Assembly (NCBI GenBank): GCA_035999335.1
Contig: DASYGV010000175.1
Span: 10,807 to 74,806 of the forward strand
Source: Thermoanaerobaculia bacterium
GTDB taxonomy: Bacteria; Acidobacteriota; Thermoanaerobaculia; Gp7-AA8
DNA length: 64,000 bases
Direction of reading: 5' to 3'
Numbering within the stretch: the stretch's first letter is position 1; every line of letters begins with the position of its first letter. Below the pieces are notes generated by a model. That model saw only the letters and a list, made by a program, of their open reading frames with translations. It did not search any database and had not been told where the DNA came from. Shown here in pieces: positions 15,846 to 24,253 of the stretch. A program made the position numbers and the translations under genes.

Positions 15846-17480
15846 ATGGACGCACCCTGGCTTCAGCATTACGACGAAGGCGTCCCTCACTCCATCGGGA
15901 CCTATCCCGAGAAAACGCTCGTCGACTTCGTCGCCGACCACGCGCGTGAGAAGCCGGACGCACCGGCGCTGATCTTCAAGGGCAGACCGCTATCGTGGCG
16001 CGAGCTCGACGCGCAGAGCGACGCGCTCGCGGGCGCGCTGCAGGCGGAGGGAGTGAAGCCCGGTGACCGCGTGGCGTTGATCCTGCCCAACTGCCCGCAG
16101 TTCGTCATCTCCGAGCTCGCGATCTGGAAACTCGGCGCGATCGTCGCGTCGGAGAACCCCATCTACACCGATCACGAGCTCATCGAGTCGCTCGAGGAGA
16201 CGACGCCGCGGCTCGCCATCGTCCTGACGCGGTTCTACGAACAGATCAAACGCATCCAGCCGCGGACGACTCTCACGCGCGTCATCGCGACGAACATCAA
16301 GGAGTATCTTCCGCCGCTGCTGGGCGTGATGTTCACGCTCTTCAAGGAGCGGAAGGAAGGACATCGCGTCGCCCTCCATCCGTCGGACTTCTCGTTTCGG
16401 GAGGCCCTCTCGAATGAGCCGGCGCGCTACACGCCGCCGAAGCCGGACGATCCCGCGGTCATCATCATGAGCGGCGGCACCACCGGCACGGCGAAGGGCG
16501 TGCTGAGCGATCACCGCGCGCTCGTGATCGCGGGGACGCAGATCGGAGCATGGCTGCGTGAAGCGCTCGAAGGCCCGGGCGCCTCGGTCATGCTGCCGCT
16601 GCCGCTCTTCCACACCTACGCTTGCACGGGAGCGCAGGGCATCACCTTTCTGCGCGGCATTCCGCTGATTCTCATTCCCAACCCGCGCGACATCGACGAC
16701 CTCGTTGCGTCCGTTCATCGCGACAAGCCCGCGCTCTTCTGCGGCGTGCCGACGCTCTTCAACGCTCTCCTGAATCATCGCGACGTGATCAGCGGCAAGG
16801 CCGACTTCCGCTCGATCCGCGCGTGCTTCTCCGGCGCGGCGGCGTTGATGGCGGAGACGAAGAAGCGATTCGAGGAGCTGACCGGCGGACGCATCGTCGA
16901 AGGCTATTCGCTCACCGAGGCGGCGATGGCGTGCTGCGTCAACCCGGTGCGCGGGCCGAACAAGATCGGCTCTGTGGGGATGCCACTGCCGGACGTGCTC
17001 GTGAAGATCGTCGACGGCGAGATCGTCATGAAGGCGCCGCAGATCATGCGCGGCTACTGGAACCATCCCGAGACCACCGCGGAGATCCTCCGCGACGGTT
17101 GGCTCTACACCGGCGACCTCGGCACGATGGACGAGGACGGTTACGTCTTTCTCATCGACCGTAAGAAAGACGTGATCAAGGTGAGCGGCCTTCAGGTCTG
17201 GCCGCGCGAGGTGGAGGAAGTCATCGCCGCGCATCCGTCCGTGGCGGAAGTGGGCGTGGCCGGTCTTCCCGATCCGGTGAAGAGCGAGATCGTCGCCGCC
17301 TGGATCGTGCCGCGGCCCGGCGAGACCGTCGACGCCGAGACGATCAAGCAGCACTGCCGCAAGACGCTTGCGCCGTACAAGGTGCCGTCGCGCATCGAGT
17401 TCCGCGAGTCACTGCCGAAGACGATGGTCGGGAAGGTATTGCGGCGCGAGCTGGTGGCGGAAACTTTGGCGAAAGTCTAG
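15846..17480 (+). CDS. Long-chain fatty acid-CoA ligase (AMP-binding enzyme)
   Basis: IIMSGGTTGTAKGV (AMP-binding P-loop), YGLTE-like EGYSLTEA, GWLYTGDLG, DRKKDVIKVSG. Confidence 0.9.
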   Translation: MDAPWLQHYDEGVPHSIGTYPEKTLVDFVADHAREKPDAPALIFKGRPLSWRELDAQSDALAGALQAEGVKPGDRVALILPNCPQFVISELAIWKLGAIVASENPIYTDHELIESLEETTPRLAIVLTRFYEQIKRIQPRTTLTRVIATNIKEYLPPLLGVMFTLFKERKEGHRVALHPSDFSFREALSNEPARYTPPKPDDPAVIIMSGGTTGTAKGVLSDHRALVIAGTQIGAWLREALEGPGASVMLPLPLFHTYACTGAQGITFLRGIPLILIPNPRDIDDLVASVHRDKPALFCGVPTLFNALLNHRDVISGKADFRSIRACFSGAAALMAETKKRFEELTGGRIVEGYSLTEAAMACCVNPVRGPNKIGSVGMPLPDVLVKIVDGEIVMKAPQIMRGYWNHPETTAEILRDGWLYTGDLGTMDEDGYVFLIDRKKDVIKVSGLQVWPREVEEVIAAHPSVAEVGVAGLPDPVKSEIVAAWIVPRPGETVDAETIKQHCRKTLAPYKVPSRIEFRESLPKTMVGKVLRRELVAETLAKV

Positions 17481-17585
17481 GAGTGCGGCGTCGAGCCGCC
17501 GCTCTGGTACGCCCGCAGCGCCGCCCGCCCACCCTACCAGAGCGGTGGCTCCACCCGCCCGGCCTTCCCGCCACCGCACTCCTAG
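17477..17585. repeat. MITE-like palindromic element bounded by CTAG (family 2, copy a)
   Basis: CTAGGAGTGCGG...ccgctctggta...taccagagcggtgg...CCGCACTCCTAG. The left CTAG supplies the TAG stop of the ligase gene. Confidence 0.8.
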
Positions 17586-17587
17586 AG

Positions 17588-17627
17588 TTGACAGATGGTG
17601 CATCGCTGTATTAAGCTATTAATACAG
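17588..17627 (+). promoter_or_regulatory. Putative promoter (TTGACA-17-TTAAGC) overlapped by perfect inverted repeat CTGTATTAA-gcta-TTAATACAG (GntR operator candidate)
   Basis: TTGACA at 17588-17593. The inverted repeat at 17606-17627 ends on the GTG start codon of the GntR gene, which implies a leaderless or very short-leader mRNA. Confidence 0.45.
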
Positions 17628-18022
17628 TGTTCGACATCAACCCTTCCGACGCCGCGCCGATCTGGAGACAGATCGAGGAAGGCATGCGGCGGATGATCTC
17701 CCTCGGCACGCTGGCGCCTGGGAGCGCGGTGCCGTCGGTGCGCGAGCTCGCGCAGCAGTTGCGGGTGAATCCGAACACCGTCGCGCGCGCATATCAGCGT
17801 CTCACCGAGCAGGGCGTGTTCGCGGTGCGGCGCGGCGAGGGGACGTTCGTCGCCGAAACGCCGGTGCGGCTGAAGAAAGCGCAGCGCAATGAGACTCTGC
17901 GCGACGCCGCCACGCGCTACGCCGGTACCGCGCTCAGCGTAGGCGCGGAGCTCGAGGAAGCGTCCGAGGAATTGGCCGGCGCGTTCGAGCGCGTGCTGCG
18001 CGAGCACAGGAGGAAACCATGA
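17627..18022 (+). CDS. GntR (YtrA-like) family transcriptional regulator
   Basis: PIWRQIEEGMRRMISLGTLAPGSAVPSVRELAQQLRVNPNTVARAYQRL is a winged HTH. It overlaps the next gene by 4 nt. Confidence 0.9.
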   Translation: MFDINPSDAAPIWRQIEEGMRRMISLGTLAPGSAVPSVRELAQQLRVNPNTVARAYQRLTEQGVFAVRRGEGTFVAETPVRLKKAQRNETLRDAATRYAGTALSVGAELEEASEELAGAFERVLREHRRKP

Positions 18023-18885
18023 CGGCAATCGCCGTTGAAGATGTATCCGTTCGTTACGGCAGACGCACGGCCGTCGACGGCGTGACGCTCAACGTTCCGA
18101 CCGGCGCGGTCTATGCGCTCCTCGGACGCAACGGCGCCGGGAAGTCGTCGCTCGTCCGCGCGCTCCTCGGCCAGCTCCAGCCGAAGCGCGGCAAAGCGGC
18201 GCTCTTTGGCGAGGACGTGTGGCGCCACCGCGCGCGCCTGATGCAACGCGTGGGCGTCGTTGCGGAGGAAGCGGATGCGCCGCCCGAGATGCGCGTGCGC
18301 GACCTTGGCTGGTTCGCGTCGAAGCTGTACGCAAACTGGGGCCAGGGCTCGTTCGACCAGCGCATCGCGCGCTTCGGCATCGCCCGCGCCGCGCGTTTCG
18401 GCGAGCTGTCGAAGGGGCAGAAGAAGCAGGTGGCGCTGGCCCTCGCATTGGCCACTGCGCCGGAGCTGCTGGTGCTCGACGACCCGACCCTCGGACTGGA
18501 CGTCGTCGCACGCAAGTCGCTCTTCGAGGAAGTCATCGCGGACATGGCCGACCGCGGGATCACCGTGTTCATCACCACACACGACCTCGGCGCAATCGAA
18601 TCGATCGCCGATCACGTCGGCGTGTTGAAGGACGGAAAGCTCGTGCTCGACGAGCCGCTCGAGACATTGCGCGGGCGTTTCCGCCGCATCCGCTTCGCGG
18701 GGCCGGCGTCGGAGCTGGCGATGAACGCGGCCTCGACGCGCGCTTGGGGGAGCGGCACCGAGGCGATCGTGACGAATTTCGACGAGGACGCATTCGAGAC
18801 ATTGCGGGCGCGGTCGGCCGCCGAGATTTCGACGCTGACGCTCGAGGAGATCTTCGTCGCGGTGGCAGGGGAGGAGCGAGCGTGA
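18019..18885 (+). CDS. ABC transporter ATP-binding protein
   Basis: Walker A GRNGAGKSS, signature LSKGQKKQ, Walker B LLVLDDPT. Confidence 0.92.
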   Translation: MTAIAVEDVSVRYGRRTAVDGVTLNVPTGAVYALLGRNGAGKSSLVRALLGQLQPKRGKAALFGEDVWRHRARLMQRVGVVAEEADAPPEMRVRDLGWFASKLYANWGQGSFDQRIARFGIARAARFGELSKGQKKQVALALALATAPELLVLDDPTLGLDVVARKSLFEEVIADMADRGITVFITTHDLGAIESIADHVGVLKDGKLVLDEPLETLRGRFRRIRFAGPASELAMNAASTRAWGSGTEAIVTNFDEDAFETLRARSAAEISTLTLEEIFVAVAGEERA

Positions 18886-20705
18886 AGACTTCGATGATCA
18901 TCGCTGCACGAGAGGTGCGGGAAAAGGCGCGGCTATTCGTCATCTGCGCGGGGCTCTCGCTCGTTCCGTTCGCAGCCACCCTGCTGCCCGGCGCGCGAGG
19001 GCAGAGCGCGGACGTAATCGCGATCGTCGGCGGATTCCTTTCCGCAATCCTCGGCCTTGGGATCGCTGTGACGTTCGGTGCGTCGACCATCGTTCGCGAT
19101 CTCGCCGAGCGGCGGATGTCGTTCTACTTCACGAGGCCGGTGAGCGCGCCGGCGATCTGGATCGGCAAGGCCGCGGCGGGATTGTTCATCAGTCTCGCTT
19201 GCTTCGCGATCATCGCCACGCCGTCGGCACTCGCGGCGCGGAAGGCATGGGCCACGCAGTGGCTCGGCGACATCGAGCCGCTCTCCGTTGCCGCGCTCGC
19301 GATCGTCGTGCTGTTCTTCCTGAGCCACACGATGAGCACGATCATCCGTTCACGTTCGCCGCTGCTCGCGCTCGACTTCCTCTTTGCGATCGCTGCCGTC
19401 GCGGCGCTGTATCTGATCGCGCGCCCGATGCTCATCGGCGCTGCGACGGACCTCGCGCGCATCGTGTTGACCGCGATCGGGATCGCGGTCGTGCTCGTGC
19501 TCGCGATCGCGCCGGTGTGGCAGCTCGCGAACGGGCGGAGCGACATCCGCCGCAGCCACGCGGCGCTGATGCGTTTTCTCTGGCCGTCGATCGCGATCGT
19601 GCTGTTGATCGCGGGCGGTATCGTGGCCTGGGTCATTCAGGTGTCGCCCGCGGACATCGTGGTCCGGTATGTCGGTCAGCCGCCGCGCGGAACCGCGGCG
19701 ATCGTGACGGGACGAGCGCCGCGGGCCGTCGACTACCACGCGACGTTCGTCATCGACCGCGCGAGCGGCGCTTCCAAGCGGATGGGCACGCCGCCTTGGT
19801 GGGGAGCGCATTTCTCGGACGACGGGCGCGTGCTCGTGTGGCTGCAGCCGGTGGGGACGTTTTCACTCCAGGGTGTGGAGTTGCACACACTGAACGGTGC
19901 AACCGGCATCGTCATCCCGCTGTCGTCTTCCATCGTCCTGTCGGGCGACGGTGCGCGAGTTGCGATCACGAATGGAAAGCTACTCGCGGTCCACGAGCTG
20001 GCGACGGGCAAGCTCCTCGCGTCGGCGGCTGGACTCGATTCGCGCGCGAGACATCAGGTCTTCTTCCTGACGCCGGACGTTGTTCGCGTGTTCGAGTATC
20101 AGCAACAACTTCGCACGCCGACGCCGCTGCGGATCTTCGAGCTCGACATTCGCGCGCGCTCGATCCGCAAGACGGGCGAGCGGATGCTCGTGACGACGCG
20201 GCAGGCGGTGTCGGTCTCCGGAGACGGCGCGCGGATGTTCGTCCGCGGGGCGAACGTCATCGCCGACGGGCGTACCGGCCAGACGATCGCGGAGATCGCG
20301 GCGTCGGACGTGTCTTCGTCAGCGATGCTGTTCGACGGAAGCGTCGCGCTGGTTTCGTACGGTCGCGGCGTGCCGCATCTCCGCACGTACGATCGCGACG
20401 GAGCACCGCGGCACGACGTGGCGTTTCCGAACGTGCGCAGCGTCTGGATTGCCGGCGAGATCGAGAACGGCAAGTTGATCCTCACCGTGCATGGCCGCAC
20501 GATGTGCGTCGTCGATCTCGCCAGCGGTTCGATCGAGCAGAGGCTCGAGAATGTGAGGGGACCGATGCCGCACTGGTCCACCGACCCACGGCTCATTCGT
20601 TATGCGGCCGATCAGGAGTTTGTCGCCGTCGACAAGAACGGGAAGCTGATCGTCTGGAAAAACGAAGGGCGGGCCTCAGCCCGCCCTCTGTTGTCATCGC
20701 GGTGA
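18882..20705 (+). CDS. ABC-2-type membrane permease-like protein with C-terminal beta-propeller-like domain
   Basis: The GTG start overlaps the ATPase stop (GTGA). About 6 hydrophobic helices are followed by repeated SGDGARV / DGR strands. The tail NEGRASARPLLSSR is encoded by a REP-like hairpin. Confidence 0.75.
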   Translation: MKTSMIIAAREVREKARLFVICAGLSLVPFAATLLPGARGQSADVIAIVGGFLSAILGLGIAVTFGASTIVRDLAERRMSFYFTRPVSAPAIWIGKAAAGLFISLACFAIIATPSALAARKAWATQWLGDIEPLSVAALAIVVLFFLSHTMSTIIRSRSPLLALDFLFAIAAVAALYLIARPMLIGAATDLARIVLTAIGIAVVLVLAIAPVWQLANGRSDIRRSHAALMRFLWPSIAIVLLIAGGIVAWVIQVSPADIVVRYVGQPPRGTAAIVTGRAPRAVDYHATFVIDRASGASKRMGTPPWWGAHFSDDGRVLVWLQPVGTFSLQGVELHTLNGATGIVIPLSSSIVLSGDGARVAITNGKLLAVHELATGKLLASAAGLDSRARHQVFFLTPDVVRVFEYQQQLRTPTPLRIFELDIRARSIRKTGERMLVTTRQAVSVSGDGARMFVRGANVIADGRTGQTIAEIAASDVSSSAMLFDGSVALVSYGRGVPHLRTYDRDGAPRHDVAFPNVRSVWIAGEIENGKLILTVHGRTMCVVDLASGSIEQRLENVRGPMPHWSTDPRLIRYAADQEFVAVDKNGKLIVWKNEGRASARPLLSSR

Positions 20706-20711
20706 GCCGCG

Positions 20712-21083
20712 TTACGTGGTTTTCGTTTTCGCGAGGCCGGCCTTCGCGCTCTCGACGAGGACGGTGAAGGCGGCGGCGTCGCGGACAGCGATGTCGGCCA
20801 GGATCTTGCGGTCCAGCGTGTTCCCCGCGGCCTTCAGGCCGGCGATGAACGTCGAGTAGGACATTCCGTTGAGGCGGGCGGCAGCGTTGATGCGGGCGAT
20901 CCATAGCGTGCGGAAATCACCCTTGCGGTCCTTGCGGCCGGTGAAGGCGGCGTTGAGCGCCTTGTCGACGGCCTGCTGCGCGATTCGGTTCCCGCGCGAC
21001 CTCATCCCGTAGAAGCCCTTGGCGAGCTTCAGGATTTTAGTGCGGCGGTTCTTTCTTTTTGGGCCTCGTTTGACTCTCGGCAT
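20712..21083 (-). CDS. rplT: 50S ribosomal protein L20
   Basis: [26 protein letters not shown]... Confidence 0.97.
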   Translation of the reverse strand: MPRVKRGPKRKNRRTKILKLAKGFYGMRSRGNRIAQQAVDKALNAAFTGRKDRKGDFRTLWIARINAAARLNGMSYSTFIAGLKAAGNTLDRKILADIAVRDAAAFTVLVESAKAGLAKTKTT

Positions 21084-21156
21084 TGCGTTCTCCTCGTTTT
21101 CCTTTCATGAGCGGACGGGCCAGGAGTAGTGGTGCCTCGTCTCGCTCGGTTGTTCA

Positions 21157-21183
21157 GTGCTGGGTGCACTCAGCACTCAGCAC
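21157..21183. repeat. GTGCTGA-type hairpin (family 1, copy c) between rpmI and rplT
   Basis: gtgctgggtgc-actca-gcactcagcac. Confidence 0.75.
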
Positions 21184-21189
21184 CCCGTA

Positions 21190-21387
21190 CTATTTGTACG
21201 GGATCATGCGGGCCACGGTCTTCGCGTTCGCGCTCGAGACCTCGACCTCGCCGGCGAGCCTCGACTTCCGGCCCGGCGATTTCTTGGTCAGGATGTGCGA
21301 ATGGAAGGCGTGATTCCGCTGAAGCTTTCCGCTTCCGGTCTTCTTGAACCGTTTGGCGGCTCCGCGGTGCGTCTTCATCTTAGGCAT
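21190..21387 (-). CDS. rpmI: 50S ribosomal protein L35
   Basis: [22 protein letters not shown]... Confidence 0.97.
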   Translation of the reverse strand: MPKMKTHRGAAKRFKKTGSGKLQRNHAFHSHILTKKSPGRKSRLAGEVEVSSANAKTVARMIPYK

Positions 21388-21439
21388 AGAAATCCCCTCT
21401 AAAGCTTGGCTGGTAACCGGCTGAGGCGGTTGATCATTC

Positions 21440-21994
21440 CTACTTCGCGGGAGCGATGACCACCGACATCCGGTTCCCCTGCAAGTCGGGGTGCTGGTTC
21501 TCGGAGACGCCGAACTCCTTCACTTCCTCGAGGAGACGGTCGAGCACGGCCTTGCCGAGCTCCATGTGCGTCATCTCGCGGCCGCGGAAGCGGACGATGG
21601 CCTTGACCTTGTCGCCGTGCTGGAGGAAGCGCACGACATGGTTCTTCTTGAAGTCGAAGTCATGTTCGTCGATGCGGGGGCGGAACTGCACCTCCTTGAC
21701 GATGATGACCTTCTGCTTCTTCCGGGCCTCGCTCTCCTTCTTCTTCTTCTCGAAGAGGAACTTGCCGTAATCCATGATCTTGCAGACCGGCGGTGTCGCG
21801 GTCGGCGAGATCTCCACGAGATCGAGGTCCTTCTCGCGCGCCATCTCCTGGGCCTGCGCGATGGGGACGATTCCGACCTGTTTTCCTTCGGAATCGATCA
21901 GGCGCACCTCGGGGTGGCGGATCAGGTCATTGATGCGGTTTTCGGGTTCTACCGGTCGGCGGTCGAATCGTGGGTTACGGCGCGGCGGAAAAAT
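21440..21994 (-). CDS. infC: Translation initiation factor IF-3, ATT start codon
   Basis: The track ORF starts at an internal GTG (21907). In-frame upstream sequence reads ...[16 protein letters not shown] back to ATT at 21994. That ATT is preceded by AGGAGG at a 7-nt spacing and by an in-frame TAG, with no canonical start in between. Confidence 0.9.
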   Translation of the reverse strand: MFPPRRNPRFDRRPVEPENRINDLIRHPEVRLIDSEGKQVGIVPIAQAQEMAREKDLDLVEISPTATPPVCKIMDYGKFLFEKKKKESEARKKQKVIIVKEVQFRPRIDEHDFDFKKNHVVRFLQHGDKVKAIVRFRGREMTHMELGKAVLDRLLEEVKEFGVSENQHPDLQGNRMSVVIAPAK

Positions 21995-22088
21995 ACGATG
22001 TTCCTCCTAATTTGGGTCGCACAATGTACGGATAAAGGCGACGAGACGTCAAGCCGACGCGTCGTCGCTCGATTTCCGACGATTTTCC

Positions 22089-24008
22089 TCAGAAACTCAG
22101 TGAGCGGCTCGCAATCAAAGCGTTCGCCTGCCCGATCAATTCCTCGATGCTCAGAGCCCCCTGGTCCCCGCCGGTCCGCTTGCGCAGGCTGACGGTGCCG
22201 CTCGACGCTTCTTTTTCCCCGACGATCAGCATGAACGGGATCTTGCGGAGCTGGGCGTTGCGGATCTTGGCGCCGAGCTTTTCGTTGCTCGCGTCGACCT
22301 CGACGCGCACGCCGGCGGCGCGCAGTCTTGCGCCGACTTCGTTCCCGTAGTCGGTGAACTTCTCCGACAGCGGCAACACGCTCGCCTGCACCGGTGCCAG
22401 CCAGAACGGGAACGCGCCGGCGAAGTGCTCGATGAGGATGGCGATGAGTCGCTCGAACGAGCCGTAGATCGCGCGATGCAGGACGGCCGGGCGATGCTCC
22501 GCGTTGTCCTCGCCGACGTAAGTCAGGTCGAACCGCTCCGGCGCGTTGTAGTCGAGCTGGATGGTGCCGAGCTGCCACTTGCGGCCGATGGAGTCGGAAA
22601 CATCGAAGTCGATCTTGGGACCGTAGAACGCGCCTTCACCTTCCTTGACCTCGTACGGCCGGCCGAGGGCCTCGAGCGCGCGGCGAAGGAACTCCTCGGC
22701 GCGATCCCAAAGCGCGTCGTCGCCGATGCGCTGCGGCGGCCGGGTCGAGAACTTCGCGGTGTACTCGAGGCCGAAGGTCGAGTAGACCTCGTCGAGGAAC
22801 GCGACGAAGCGGCGCACCTCGTCGGTGACCTGGCTCTCCATGCAGATGATGTGTGCGTCGTCCTGCGCGAACTGCCGCACGCGGGTCAGGCCACCGAGGG
22901 TTCCCGACGCTTCGTTGCGGTGCAGGACGTCCTGGGTGCTCAGCCGCAGCGGCAGGTCGCGGTAGCTGTGCTTCTTCATCCCGTAGTAGAGGTAATGCGA
23001 AGGGCAGTTCATCGGCTTGAGCGAGAAATCGTGCTCGCCGGTCTCGCTGTCCAGCACGAGGAACATGTTCTCGCGGTACTTGCCCCAGTGGCCGCTGATC
23101 TCCCACAGCCCCTTGTTGAAGAGGAGCGGGGTCTTGATCTCGACGTACCCGTTCGCGCGCGCCATCTCGCGCATGTACTGCGAGAGGGTCTGGTAGACGG
23201 TGGTGCCGTTCGGGGTCCAGAACGCCGCCCCTGGAGCGAAAGGATGGAAGTTGAAGAGGTCGAGCTCCTTGCCGAGCTTGCGGTGATCGCGCGCCTTCGC
23301 TTCCTCGACCTGCTTGAGGTGCGCCTCGAGCTGTTCCTTGTCCGCCCACGCGGTGCCGTAGATGCGCTGCAGCATTGCGTTGCGGTTGTCGCCGCGCCAG
23401 TACGCGCCGGCGACGCTGGTCAATTTGAAAGCGCCGAGGCGGCCGGTGGAGGGGACGTGCGGTCCGCGGCAGAGATCGAACCATTCGCCCTGGCGATAGA
23501 CCGACAGCGCCTCATCGCCGGGGATGGCCTTGATGATCTCGACCTTGTACTGCTCGCCGAGCTTCTCGAAGGTGGCGATGGCCTCGTCGCGCGACCACTC
23601 CTCGCGCTGCACGGGCAGGTCGCGCTTCACGATCTCATGCATCTTCTCTTCGATGCGGCGGAGGTCTTCGTCGGTGAATGGGCGATCGGTGCCGAAGTCG
23701 TAGAAGAAGCCGTTCTCGATCACCGGACCGATGGTCACCTGAGTGCCGGGGAAGAGCTCCTGGACGGCCATGGCCATCAGGTGAGCGGTGGAGTGGCGGA
23801 TGGTGTCGATGCCCGCCTCGCTCTTCGGCGTGACGATCTCGACTTTCGCGCCGTCGGGCACGGGCGCGTAGACGTCGACGACTTTGCCGTTGACCTTGCC
23901 GGCGATTGCGTCTTTCGCGAGACGCTTGCCGATCGACGCGGCGACGTCGGCCACGGTCGCGTTCGCGGCGACCTCTCGTACGGAACCATCGGGGAGCTGG
24001 ATGTTCAT
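22089..24008 (-). CDS. thrS: Threonine-tRNA ligase
   Basis: TGS domain N-terminus, editing-domain motif HSTAHLMA, class II motifs, 639 aa. It is followed by infC-rpmI-rplT in the classical operon order. Confidence 0.97.
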   Translation of the reverse strand: MNIQLPDGSVREVAANATVADVAASIGKRLAKDAIAGKVNGKVVDVYAPVPDGAKVEIVTPKSEAGIDTIRHSTAHLMAMAVQELFPGTQVTIGPVIENGFFYDFGTDRPFTDEDLRRIEEKMHEIVKRDLPVQREEWSRDEAIATFEKLGEQYKVEIIKAIPGDEALSVYRQGEWFDLCRGPHVPSTGRLGAFKLTSVAGAYWRGDNRNAMLQRIYGTAWADKEQLEAHLKQVEEAKARDHRKLGKELDLFNFHPFAPGAAFWTPNGTTVYQTLSQYMREMARANGYVEIKTPLLFNKGLWEISGHWGKYRENMFLVLDSETGEHDFSLKPMNCPSHYLYYGMKKHSYRDLPLRLSTQDVLHRNEASGTLGGLTRVRQFAQDDAHIICMESQVTDEVRRFVAFLDEVYSTFGLEYTAKFSTRPPQRIGDDALWDRAEEFLRRALEALGRPYEVKEGEGAFYGPKIDFDVSDSIGRKWQLGTIQLDYNAPERFDLTYVGEDNAEHRPAVLHRAIYGSFERLIAILIEHFAGAFPFWLAPVQASVLPLSEKFTDYGNEVGARLRAAGVRVEVDASNEKLGAKIRNAQLRKIPFMLIVGEKEASSGTVSLRKRTGGDQGALSIEELIGQANALIASRSLSF

Positions 24009-24019
24009 GTCGACCTCGT

Positions 24020-24053
24020 AAAAACAGAAAAGACAGGGCTTGTGGGCCCTGTC
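24020..24053 (-). terminator. Intrinsic terminator 11 nt upstream of the thrS ATG (candidate attenuator)
   Basis: Minus strand: GACAGGGC-ccacaa-GCCCTGTC-TTTTCTGTTTTT, then acGAGGtcgacATG (thrS). Confidence 0.7.
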
Positions 24054-24087
24054 TCGTGATCATGTTGTCAGGATTGCAAACGGACGA

Positions 24088-24153
24088 TCAGCGGCAGGGC
24101 GACGAGCTCGGGCTCGTCGTTCGCGTCTGTGCGGTCGTCGTCGTTCGGCTCAT
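24088..24153 (-). CDS. Putative Thr-rich leader peptide (21 aa) of a thrS attenuator
   Basis: atg agc cga acg acg acg acc gca cag acg cga acg acg agc ccg agc tcg tcg ccc tgc cgc tga = MSRTTTTAQTRTTSPSSSPCR*. Seven of 21 codons are Thr. A TATACT hexamer lies 11 nt upstream (24165-24170). Confidence 0.5.
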   Translation of the reverse strand: MSRTTTTAQTRTTSPSSSPCR

Positions 24154-24253
24154 AAAGGTCGCGGAGTATAGCACGGCGGGAGAGTTCCGAATTCCACGTA
24201 CAGACATCTAATAACCTCCGTGTTACTCTGCGCGCGGTCCGAGGTTTATCCAC

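Noticed and set aside
18219-18881. N-terminal extension of the permease-like gene (828-aa track ORF); similar extensions at 40955-42046, 37748-39094, 53490-54425, 42902-43474 and 61800-62711
   Set aside because: The extensions are Arg/Pro/Gly-rich, they overlap upstream genes in another frame, and they precede obvious native N-termini with coupled or Shine-Dalgarno-preceded starts.
24009-24253. T-box riboswitch or E. coli-type translational operator upstream of thrS
   Set aside because: I could not find the T-box consensus (AATTAGGGTGGTACCGCG-like) or a specifier-loop architecture. The ~140-nt leader is too short. No tRNA-Thr anticodon-arm mimic adjacent to the Shine-Dalgarno sequence was evident. 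The leader-peptide attenuator explanation fits better.
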